This document shows, piece by piece, positions 52,210 to 64,000 of a stretch of DNA of 64,000 nucleotides. Position 1 is the first letter of the stretch. Each line of letters begins with the position of its first letter. A program made the position numbers and the translations under genes. A model generated the notes under the pieces. It did no database searches. It had not been told where the DNA came from and saw nothing but the letters and a program-made list of their open reading frames with translations. This DNA is from Octopus sinensis (lineage: Eukaryota), in contig NC_042998.1 of NCBI RefSeq assembly GCF_006345805.1, positions 141,608,001 to 141,672,000 on the forward strand, written 5' to 3'.

Positions 52210-52660
52210 TCCTGACAAATACACACAGGAATGGCTGTATGGTCAAGAAACTCACTTTGCGACCATGAGATTTCAGTTTCAGCCCCACTGTGTGGCACTT
52301 TGGAGCAAATATCTGTTACTATAACCCCTGGCAAACCAATGCTTTGTAAGTAAAAGTAAATTTATAGACAGAAATTGAGTGAAAGTCTGTTTATATACAT
52401 GTAATAGAGAATGTGTGTGTGAGTGTGTGTGTCTTTGTGTCCCCCCTACCCATCCCATCACTTAACAACTGGTACTGGTTTGTTTATGTCCTTGCAACAT
52501 AGCAGTGCAGTAAAAAGGCACCAATTGAATAAACACTAGGCTTTGAAAAGGAACAAAATGTGTACGAGAGGCGGGTGAACAATTTGTGTGAGTGAGTAAA
52601 CCCTTTGAAGTGATGCCCCAGCCAGCATGCTCACAGTCCAATGACTGAAACAAAGAAATG
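52210..52660 (+). mobile_element. SINE family A, older copy
   Basis: Head TGGCTGTATGG, body and ATGACTGAAACAAAG tail. Confidence 0.75.
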
Positions 52661-53244
52661 ATTAAAACAAAAACAACAAAAAAACAAAACAAAACAAAAC
52701 AAAAACAAAAAGCAAGCAAGCAAAAAACAAAAAAAAAAGATACAAGACAAAGAGTTCCTTATTATTTTCCTAGTCAAGTACTTATGATGTAACAGTTTGC
52801 ATGTTTGCTTGGCAAATAATAATAATGATGATGATGATGATGGAGGGGGAGAAGGATAAGGGGAGGTAAAAAAGAAGTAAAACAATCAGAGGAGCATGAA
52901 GGTAAACAAGCTAATGAACAACAAAGAGTATTCAAAATATGTTGTGATCTGAAGAGTCAAATAGAATCAATTGTATGCTGTTTTGGATGTCAGAATATAA
53001 ATTGTGTATGTGTGTGTGTGATCTATTGATCTTTTGTGATTGAAGATAAAATGAAAAAAAAGGGTGGTGGGGTAAAAAAAATGAAAGCTTAATGACTATA
53101 ATGAAAACATAGGCTGGGTAGGGGCAAGTTGGGCAGAAGAGAGATAGAGAGAGAGAGTGAACAAAAGGTGAAGAGGAGAAAGATGGACAAAAATAGAGGC
53201 AAATAGCAGTATATATAATGCACACACATACAAATGTACATACA

Positions 53245-53391
<147 letters not shown>

Positions 53392-53658
53392 GAGCAATGT
53401 CAAAAGCAGTGTGAAGGAAGTAAATGGCTACAATAATAACAATAATAATAATAATAGATAAAACAAAGCCATTACAGTTTCTAATAGAAATTGGAAACTT
53501 TGACAGTTTTATTGGATTTCTGGTGGCATTGATTATAGGGAGCTGACATCAAACATGCCAGTAAAACCTCTAGCTGCTTCCAGAAGGGGACACAGACAGA
53601 GCTGTGTATTGTATTGATCCAGGAAAGAAGTGGCAGTATAGTATAATGAGTGTCAAGC

Positions 53659-53728
<70 letters not shown>

Positions 53729-54187
53729 AATATTTGTATTCACACACACACACACACACACAGACACACACACACACACAGACACACAGACACACACACA
53801 CACACACACACACATAATAATTAAGGGAGTATAGAGCAGATAATGGCAAAGCATGCATGAAGAGAAAGGCAAATAATTAGGGTGGGAAGCTGCAATCAAC
53901 ATATATATATGTGTGTGTGTGTGTTTGTGTGTATGTACACACACACACACCACATCTACAGCAACTGCTGTCACTATTACCATTGACGCTATCATTAACT
54001 TAATATCTGTTTTCCTACAGTGGTGTAACATTGGTCGTATGAACTTGTACAGCCACTGTGAAATACCAGAACATTCTCAAGATTGCTCAAAATCTTCCTT
54101 GACCATATTGCTATTATAACTGGTATGGATTCAGTATGGCCAAATGATTAAAATGTTTGCTGTGCAATAACAAGGACATAGGTATGA

Positions 54188-54387
54188 CCTTTTAGCATTC
54201 AAATTACCCTGTTGAACAAAACATTGTTTTGAATTAATCATATATTTATCTCATAGCTTTTGATGATGTGATTGCTTAGTTTTAGAATGACATTGTAAGG
54301 TATGTGTGAGAGGCTGGATCTGGCCAGTTTGAACATAAGACAAGAAGAATAGTTTGGCCAAATAGAAATGTTTTAAACGGTAAATGG
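54188..54387 (-). mobile_element. piggyBac-type MITE, family A
   Basis: CCTTTTAGCATTC...AAACGGTAAATGG followed by TTAA; colinear with 2876-3093. Confidence 0.75.
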
Positions 54388-55814
54388 TTAATTCTTGAGC
54401 AAGTATCTTTTAGCATTGACTTGGGTCAACCCAAACCTAGTGAGTGAAATTGGATGGAAGCTATGTGGTATTGGAGGGTCTATGTAGAATTCAAAAACTA
54501 TATCCTAATAGTATACTGTTATACTGATTCTGCCTGAGAATTTTGGTATGTCTACCCATGACTGTGGAATGCTAATTCAATGAGCAGGGAATCCAATTCA
54601 TTGAACAATTGGATTCTCATTATGAAATCCAAGGAAAATCTATTTGTTTTCACCTTTCTTATTTCCATCCTCATTGGTGAAGGTCAGTTACCATGGATAC
54701 ATGCAGCATTTCTCTCCTGTGACCATATTCAGCCAGAGGTCATCCAGTTCATCCTTTGATGTCACCCAGCTAGCATCATCTTAGTCTTCCTTTTCTTGTT
54801 TCTTATTAACTCTTCCCACTAATATGTAGGTGCTGAGGTTCGGGGCCCTGATGACAAGCCCACAATATTAAAACTTTTTCTTCCCTGCAGTTGCCATTTA
54901 CTAATTACTTTTATTATAGCGAGTTATTTCTATTAAGAATTGAAAGTTATTTCCTACAAAGTAATTATTGTATTTTACAAATATTCTATAAATAACTACA
55001 AAATAATATCTTCTATAGAATAAATGTGGTATACAAGTATATCAGAGAGAAACAGGAGTAACCATGTATCACTTTTACAGCAAGACACCTGTTCCTTTAA
55101 CCCCTGGTATAAAGTAATTTCCCTCAATACTACATGTTTTCATTTGAAGGGTCTTGCCTTGTGAGTTACTCGGTGACCTTACTGGTGTTGGTACTACGTA
55201 AAATGCACTCAGTACAACTCTGTAAAGTGGTTGGAATTAAGAAGTGCATTCAGCTACAGACATCACGCTAAAACAGACAACGGAGCTTGGTGCAGTCCTC
55301 TGGCTTGCCAGCTCATGTTGAACTATACAGCACAAGCCAACATGGAAAAAATGCATGTTAAATGATGATGAATGTGATCAATGTCCAGAATGATATAAAA
55401 ACCAATAAAGCAATTGACAAGCCCGTGGTTTGCAGGCGGTCATCATCAACTGTTGACTGTTGCCAAAATATTTAATTTTCATCAAGATATAATAAGAAAA
55501 CAATAAAGTACTGCTGCTATAAGCATCCATAGCAAGAACTAGATAGTCACTGTAAAACTCAATTTTAGACCAGAATCTATAATTGTATTGGTCCAAATTG
55601 GTTTGGATTAAGGTATTAAGGGATATTTAAGGAACCTTTGAGAACGAGGAATGACTACATGAAATGACAGGACATGACAAATGTTTATCAAGGTGATGTC
55701 ATGGTTGTAACAAAAACAGAGCTGCTAGAGTGAAGAAAAAAAAAGGTTACAATGAAATTTTGGAAACTTTTGTCCCTGTTGTCAATATAAGGTTTTTTTC
55801 ATTTCTCACTCTCC

Positions 55815-56550
55815 TGTTTTTCATCAGTTTTAGGGGAGGGGTAAGTCAAATACATTGATCCCAGTCCTCAACTCATACTTATTTCATTGACCCTGGAAGG
55901 ATGAAAGCAAAGTCAGCCTTGGTAGAATTTGAACTCAGAACATAAAAGACAGGCAAAATGCCACAAAACATTTCACCTAGTGTGCTGACAATCCTGCCAG
56001 CTCACCACCTTGGTGGTGATGGTGGTGGTGATGGTATTATCACTATTATTATTATTATTAATATGATTATTATTATTATTAGTAGTAGTAGTTATAATAA
56101 TCCTTTCTACTATAAGCACAAGGCCTGAAATTTTTTTTTGGAGGATCAGTTGATTAGATTGACCCCAGTATGCAACTGGTACTTAATTCATCAACACCGA
56201 AAGGATGAAAGGCAAAGTGGACCATAGCAGAATTTGAACTCAGAACATAGCAATGGGTAAAATACCACTAAGCATTTGGTCTAGTGTGTTAACGATTCTG
56301 CCAGTTCACCACCTTAGTAGTAGTAGTAGTAGTAATAGTAGTAGTAGTAGTATTAAAAAATAATGGTTTCAAATTTTGGCATAGGAGCAGCAGTTTCTGA
56401 GGGAGTGGGGGAAGGGCTAGTTGATTACTTTGACCCCAGTGCTCAACTGGTACTTTCAACCCTGAAAGTGTGGAAACCAAAGTTGACCTTGAACTCAGAA
56501 TGTAAACCCAGAAGAAACGCTGCAAAGCATTTGTGTGACGCTCTAACCAT
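55815..56550 (-). mobile_element. Three tandem, co-oriented SINE family B copies
   Basis: Copies at 55815-56010, 56100-56315 and 56365-56550, joined by (TAT)n or (TAG)n tracts. Confidence 0.88.
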
Positions 56551-56822
56551 TCTTCCAAATAATAACAGCAGTGGTGGTGTTGTCAGTGATAGTAATAACA
56601 ACAACAACAACAACAATAATGATAAAATAATTTAGTCCAAATTGCGCCAAATATCTTTCATTCATAGCTTTTTGAATAGAGCATCCTCCTCCCTTAAGTA
56701 CATTCCTACAAACTTGATTCAGCCACCTACACAAATACATCTCATACACTAACTCACTCTGATTTATTCTTACACACACCTTTTGACTATCTTATGCACT
56801 CAAGGACAACTAACACACCTAC

Positions 56823-57053
56823 CTATTTCTTTATTACCCACAAGGGGCTAAACATAGAGGGGACAAACAAGGACAGACAAACAGATTAAGTCGATTACAT
56901 CGACCCCAGTGCGTAACTGGTACTTAATTTATTGACCCCGAAAGGATGAAAGGCAAAGTCGACCTCGGCGGAATTTGAACTCAGAACCTAACGGCAGACG
57001 AAATACAGCTATGCATTTCACCTGGCGTGCTAACGTTTCTGCCAGCTCGCTGC
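56823..57053 (-). mobile_element. SINE family B, full-length very young copy with a different 3' tail
   Basis: CpG-rich: GGCAGCGAGCTGGCAGAAACGTTAGCACG head, GAGTTCAAATTCCGCCGAGGTCGAC, and the tail TTTGTCCCCTCTATGTTTAGCCCCTTGTGGGTAATAAAG. Confidence 0.92.
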
Positions 57054-57129
57054 CCACATACAGGATTACCATCATATATATGCACTCACTGTCTCTTTCT
57101 CTCATATACAGACACTGGATCACCTTCCT

Positions 57130-58270
57130 GCACAGACTCTCTCTCTCTCCCCTTCTCTCTCTTTTACACACACACACACACACACACTACATTATCTACA
57201 TGTTCACATGCACACATCCAGTGACTGTTCCTGGAGTGTCAAATACACAAACACTGACTTCACTTCACACATTCCTATGCCCTCCCTTCCATAGAATTCT
57301 ACACACTATCTCCCACCACACTACTATATCTACTCTCCCCATACATCCAATATACTATTGCCCTGATGTAAACACAAATCAATCCATTTTCACACATACA
57401 CTTTCACATATACACAATTATATTTTTCTCTGACAAACTCCTTCAAACAAATCATACACACCTTCATCCATTCTATACTAATAGATATCTCCACCACTAC
57501 ACACATACACATAAACATAACCTAATTACCCCCCCTTACACCCTCCCCTTCCATGACCCCTCACACACCTCCCAAACACCGGTACATACCATTTTCCATT
57601 TCTGCACAAAATATCTCTTTTCATCTCATTTCACACACACGCACATGCTTGCATTCAACACACACGCACACAAATTATTTTCTCCTTTCAGACACACAAC
57701 ACCTACACAAACTCTCTCCCCACCTCTCTCTCTCTCTCTCTCTCTCATACACACAACTTCACACCTACACAAACTGACACACACACAAACACACCTAGAC
57801 AAATTATTTCCCTTTTACATATACATAACACACACACACCTACATTCTTTCTCTCTCTTTCCCTCATACATGCACACCCCTACCCACCCACGCTTCAGAA
57901 AAAATTCCTCCGATGTTGTACCAAAATAAATAAATCTATTTTTGCAGCATTTATCTAATCTTAATAACAGATATCCATCCAAACTTTTAAAAATTCATAT
58001 TTATATTTTTTCATCCCTTCTAACTACACACACACATACACACACTCATATACACTCATACACACCCCCACAGACACACACGTGTACACTCACACCCCCT
58101 ACAGACACACACATACACTTGTGCACATACACACATACTCATGTACAGTCACACCTACACCCACACATACACTCTCTCTTCTTATTCATGTCACCTTGAC
58201 ATTTTTTTTACAATTCCAATTCCTTGTTTTTCCTCAAAACAAGATTTTTTTTTATTTGTTCATTAGTTTT
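57130..58270. repeat. Low-complexity, strongly G-depleted (plus strand) CA/CT-rich tract
   Basis: More than 1 kb of decayed CA/CT repeats with very few G. Confidence 0.75.
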
Positions 58271-58811
58271 CTTTAGTTTTTGTTGTTGTTATTGTTGTTA
58301 AATTTTCTCTTATGTGATTAGCAGGATTTTTTAAAATTTAAAACTAAAAATTTCAAAAATGAAAACCCTAGAAAAATTAACAAATTCAAAACAAGGAAGA
58401 GAATGGGAATAAGAATAAAAGAGGAAAAACAAAGGAAAATGAAAGAAGAATGGTAAAAAAAAAAAGAAAGAAATGGAAAAGAAAAGCACAAATGTTTTCG
58501 AATTTTGTGTGTAAAGAATTGACTGGATTGAAACAAAAGATGGGATTGGATAAAGGAAGAACACCCTTTTAGTGCTATTGACAAGGAAGAGAATTTCAAT
58601 GTTTTTATGATCTTTAAGGAGTGTTTAGAAGGGTCAATTTTTAGTTGGTGTTTTATAAGTTTAAGAGAATGAAAGTTACTGTATTTGAGGGTGTGTAAGA
58701 CATACTTTTCTTCCCCACCCCACAAAAAATGTTTAAAAAAAAATCATTCTGGATCCTGTATTTTAAATTGGGCCTCCCATAAACTGTAAACGCACTAAAA
58801 ACTTATATATA

Positions 58812-58963
58812 GGTGCAGGTGTGGCTGTGTGGTAAGAAGCTTGCTTCCAAACCACATGAATCCAGGTTCAGTCCCACTGCAGGGCAAGTGTCTTCTACTA
58901 TTACCATGGGCCAAGTAAAGCCTTGTGAGTAGATTTGGTAGACGGAAACTGAAAGAAGTCTGT

Positions 58964-58998
<35 letters not shown>

Positions 58999-59120
58999 GC
59001 GTGTCTTTGTCCCCCATCACTGCTTGACAACTGGTGTTGGTTTGTTTACATCCCTGTACCAGGCTTCAGAAAAAAGGTACTGGGGTTGATTCATTTGACT
59101 AAAAGTTCTTCAAGGCAATG
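58812..59120 (+). mobile_element. SINE family A with internal deletions
   Basis: GGTGCAGGTGTGGCTGTGTGG head, GGTTCAGTCCC B box and the internal microsatellite. Confidence 0.82.
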
Positions 59121-60419
59121 TTAAGGAGAACACATCTAATTGCTTCATACTTGCATATTACACTGAATTATCTTGGTACTCTTGTAGTAACAATGTCAAT
59201 TGAAGAAGAATCACTCAACCTTTCCTGCTGTCCTGCCTCTATGAAGAATTAGTCCATTTCTTGTCTTGTTCACTAATAATAGTGTTAACGTAAGGAGGAA
59301 ATGTTTAACATAGTAAGTGAAACACTAAGATCTATCAAGAAAAAACTGTTTGAGAAAAGTTGTAGGAAATTAGTTAACAATATGTTCATGTTGGCGACAA
59401 TGTCAGACAATATCTATTGCTTCCTCTCTTCCACTGATTTGCTCCAACAAAATCAGTGAGAACAGGTCTTTTATTATAGTCAAGACATTGACAACAACAG
59501 TAATGGAGTGTTAGAACAAGTAGTTGTGTAGCAGTCACACTTTGTTAGTACCAGCACAGTAAATAAACTTAGTACCAACCACATCTAGTGTCAGCAGAAA
59601 TGGTTTTTATTAGTTTTTTTCTTCCAAACTAATTTTAATATAAATTGTTTCCAATGGGAGGTGGGAGGCTTAAAGTAGATAATGCTATAAATAATAGAGT
59701 ATAACTATTAGGCTAAACAAATCCCACCAAAACCCAAGGATTAAAAGTAAAGGCTGCCCATAGGATTTTTTAGACATTAATACAAGGACTATATTATCAT
59801 CAACACTATCCACATACAACACACACTCACATACATATATGCATGGAAGATGGATGTCAAATGATGATGATAATATATATATATATTTGCAGGTTTGGCT
59901 GTTTGGTTAAGAAGTTTGTTTTGTAAACGTGTACTTTTGGGTTCAGTCCTGCCACACAATACATGCCACAAGTACTTTCTATTATAGCTGCAGGCTGAAG
60001 TTAGCTATGAGAATAGAGTTTGTAAGCTGAACTGTACAGAAGCCCATTTTGAATGTATGTGTTTCTCTGTGTATGTGTGTGTGTCATCCTCTCTCTTCGC
60101 AGTGAATGTGCTCTGTTGTATAGTAATATGTTCATAGTAAACCTAGTTTGTAAACTAGTCCGAATGGTCTCTAAATTGGGATGTTTTAAATGTAGATCAT
60201 TAATAATGTAAGTCAAGGCATGACCATCATCACATCTAGCTTTCCCTTTTTAATCTTTGTGGTTGATTAAAAAAGTGCTATATATTACTTGATTATTTGC
60301 TCTAACTGTTTTTATCTCCATCAAGAATGTTGCAGATGTTGGTAATGTCCCATTAAATCCAGTGGTGTGTCTCTCCATGCAGTTTTTCATCATCTCTTTT
60401 TCTTCTATCGAACAGATCC

Positions 60420-60680
60420 AGCTTGCCACTATCCCTGTAGTCACCATGACGACAATGACAACGACAAACATCACTGCCATCATCCTCGTCACCAAAAATA
60501 TCACCATTACCATCACTATTACCACTACCACCATCATCACCAACACTATCACCTCAACCACCATCCCCCACCATTATCAGCATCACCACTACCACCATCC
60601 CCAACATCACCATTGATACCACCATCATCATCATTACTACCACCACCACCACCACCACGATCACTGCCAACATCACCAAA
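60420..60680. repeat. Cryptic (CAY/ACY)n trinucleotide repeat
   Basis: A degenerate CAC/CAT/TAC array that produces the spurious His/Thr-rich ORFs. Confidence 0.8.
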
Positions 60681-60866
60681 CACAAAATCGTATATATGTA
60701 AAATATGGCAGCTGGAGATGGAATTAGACTAGCGGAAATATTGATGGAAGTTAATATTCTGAATGGCCATTATGCATCTAATCCTCAATTTCAAAACCTG
60801 TTCCCTATTATTGAACAATGAAGTATACTGTTTGCTTTTGTAACAGGCAACTAGGTGGGGAGAGAA

Positions 60867-60904
<38 letters not shown>

Positions 60905-61563
60905 CATTTGTTATTTGATGATACCTGTAATGGGATAATGGAATCGGTTAGTTAATTCTAACCATTCTGTGATGTAATACGTCATCACCATCATCATTGT
61001 TTTAATGACCACTTTTCCATGTTTGCATGGGTTGGTTGGAGTTTATTGAAGAAGATTTTCTATGCCTGGATGTTCTTCCTGTTGCCAATCCTCATCTTTT
61101 TCCAAGCAACACAATATTTCCCCATAGCCAAGCAGGTTCTCGCAGAATATTGGAAATGAATGACGTTTTGTATACAACTGCCATGCCATGTCAAAACAAG
61201 GAGACACAAACATACACACATTTACAAATTTCAAATCAGGAAATTGAAAAATATTTTTGGTATTATTTATTCACCATTTATTCTCTAATCTCCTGTTTTG
61301 TGATGTAATTATTCTGCTGAAGATATTTTCCAGAATTTTCACATACTTCACGCAAATATAACATATGACTTTGGAGTACTGGAAGAAGTGATGTGCTTCA
61401 GGAAGACAGTGTAGATTTTAACCCTTTCTACACACACACACACACACACACATATATACACATATATATATATAAGGTAGGTACTGTAAATTTAGGGTGA
61501 ATACTTGATAAGTGTAAGCACCTGTATACGCCAGCTAGTGGCAGAGGTGAGAGGGTATATATA

Positions 61564-61614
<51 letters not shown>

Positions 61615-61666
61615 ATATTTATATATGATGGACTCTCCCAACCACTAGGCCATGTGCCCTCATATA

Positions 61667-61712
<46 letters not shown>

Positions 61713-62069
61713 GTGCTTCTTGAAGTTTCCAGCTACCAAATCTACTCACAAGGCTTTGGTTGACCTGAGACTATAGTAGAGGACACTTACCCAAGGTGCC
61801 ACACAGTGGGACTGAACCCAATACCATGTGGTTGGGAAGCAAGCATCTTAACCTTATAGCCACAGCACCCCTTCCCCACCACTACCACCACCACACACAC
61901 AGTAGTGGTTTTGGAGGGTTTCTGTATAATTTTCTGTGGAGGATATGATTGTTTCACAACATTTTACAATCCTAGTAATAATAATTCATCTCAAAACTTA
62001 CAGAAACATAACCATTGTTGCTCCCCTTTAATGTCCACTCTCTTGCATGTCAGCAGAAATTTGTGATAA

Positions 62070-62166
<97 letters not shown>

Positions 62167-63142
62167 TGTGCTGATTTTTGATATTGATCAGTTAATTGGA
62201 TTTACAATGGCCAATTGATATTTTCTAAATTCTTTTTTAGGTCAGAAAGGTGGAAAAAAGATGTGAAATGAGACAGCCTGAAATGGAAGAGAACAATAAC
62301 CATATGCAACAACAGTATTGCTATCTCTAAAGTCAACTATTTAGGGCTTAGCAAACAGCACAGGCTAACTTTGAGGAAAAAAAAGAAGTAATGTTATCAT
62401 GTTATCCTTATTATGAATAATAAATCAATTTCCATAAAACATTGTCACAGAGGGGAAACTATCCAACTCAACAATGGAACATACACAAATGGAGGTAGTT
62501 GAAATATTGCTATTGCAAGGACATAAATCAGAATCAGAGCTGCTGGAATCTAAGGTATCCAACTGAAAATATGACATACAGGATTGAATTGAATTGAATG
62601 CTAATCCTTCCAGTTTAATTTAGGGCTCTATTGCACATTCTTTAGGCAATGTTTGGTCATGTGGAATGCAGTCAGGTGGTCAAAGAATATTCTGACCAAT
62701 TTTCCAGTACATCTAAGCTGATGTGTAGAAGAAATACCTTGGTCCTGATCAACCCAGTTAGTAAGGCGGTAGGTTTGTTTTATCAAGAGTTATTAAAGGT
62801 GAATGGAAAGAGGAAATTGATTTTGTGGCTATTTGATTGTTTTGTGCTGGTCTGGATTAAGTATGGAAGAGAAAATCTATTTGGAAAGATCTGTGTGTGA
62901 GTGAGTGTACACATACATACACACATGCCAACTTTCTGCAATCAAATCCACTCACAAGGTTTTGTTCAGCCTGGGGCTATAGTAGAAGACAATTGCCTAA
63001 GGTGCCATGCAGTTGGACTGAACCTGAAATCACCATGCAACCACATGCATACAAACACACACACACAAATGTAAAAAGCCGGATATTTTTGTGCTTATCT
63101 GGTTATGTATTTTCAAGACTTCATTGTTAAAACAGAAACATG

Positions 63143-63345
63143 ATAAGCTGGCAGTATTGCTAGCACACTGGACAAAATGCTTAGCAGCATATCATCCATC
63201 TCTACATTCTGAGCTCAAATTCTGTCAAGATTGACTTTGCCTTTCATCCTTTTGGGCTTGATGAAATAATTATCAGTTGAACACTGTGGTCAATGTAATC
63301 AACTTGTTCCCTCTCCTAAAATTTCAGGTCTTGTGCTTATGTTAG
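63143..63345 (+). mobile_element. SINE family B, older copy
   Basis: AGCTGGCAG head and CTTTGCCTTTCATCCTTTTGGG core. Confidence 0.8.
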
Positions 63346-63432
63346 ATAGGATTTGGTTATGTATTTTGTGCTGGTCTGCATTAAGTGTGGAGGACAAAAT
63401 CTACTTGGAAAAGTGAAATAGTTGTATATATA

Positions 63433-63596
63433 GGCACAGGAGTGGTTGTGTGGTAAGTAGCTTGCTTATCAACCACATGGTTCAGTCCCACTACGTGGCA
63501 CCTTGGGCAAGTGTCTTCTACTATAGCCTTGGGCCGACCAAAGCCTTGAGTGGATTTGGTAGACGGAAACCGAAAGATGCTTGTCGTATATATATG

Positions 63597-63662
<66 letters not shown>

Positions 63663-63851
63663 TATGTATCTGTGTTTGTCCCCCCAACATCGCTTGACAA
63701 CCGATGTTGGTGTGTTTACGTCCCCGTAACTTAGCGGTTCGGCAAAAAAGACCGATAGAATAAGTACTAGGCTTACAAAGAATAAGTCCTGGGGTCGATT
63801 TGCTCGACTAAAGGCATGGCTGCAGTCAAATAACTGAAACAAGTAAAAGAG
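63433..63851 (+). mobile_element. SINE family A, full-length young copy
   Basis: Colinear with the reverse complement of 4486-4913, with two small deletions (in front of the B box and in the GGTGCTCCAGC segment). Confidence 0.9.
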
Positions 63852-64000
63852 TTGTGTGCAGGTGTCACAGAGAGTTTGTTATATTTTAAAATTTAACCCG
63901 ATGTTTTGCTTATACAGTGTTTATTTATTGTTTTAATTTGGACATTATTTACTTAGTGTTATGAAAACAACATGCTATACTACTGTATGCATTGGTTAGG

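Noticed and set aside
62241-62330. Strong acceptor followed by VRKVEKRCEMRQPEMEENNNH...*
   Set aside because: It is short, has no recognisable homology and no supporting partner exon.

Overview
AT-rich eukaryotic genomic DNA that reads as intronic or intergenic sequence. It is very probably octopus (coleoid cephalopod); this rests on my recognition of its SINE and MITE families and was not verified by search. No intact protein-coding gene, rRNA, true tRNA or CRISPR array can be supported, and almost all ORFs in the track are microsatellite artefacts or transposon remnants. The best-supported features are: (1) a full-length but disabled DD34D mariner (6967-8254) abutting a non-autonomous Helitron (6570-6962); (2) two internally deleted piggyBac elements with perfect TIRs (23976-25052, 26854-28636) plus two related TTAA MITE families; (3) a second mariner 3' fragment; (4) RTE-clade LINE fragments; (5) decayed Gypsy gag/protease and possible integrase pieces; (6) dozens of tRNA-derived SINEs of three families; and (7) many microsatellites. 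The most unusual signals are four degenerate hammerhead-ribozyme-like motifs of the Penelope-associated type (one folded back into a ~135 bp palindrome), a GTCGA-N5-TCGAC hairpin shared by two different SINE families, and SINE foldbacks and trains. I did not find a convincing new multi-gene system.
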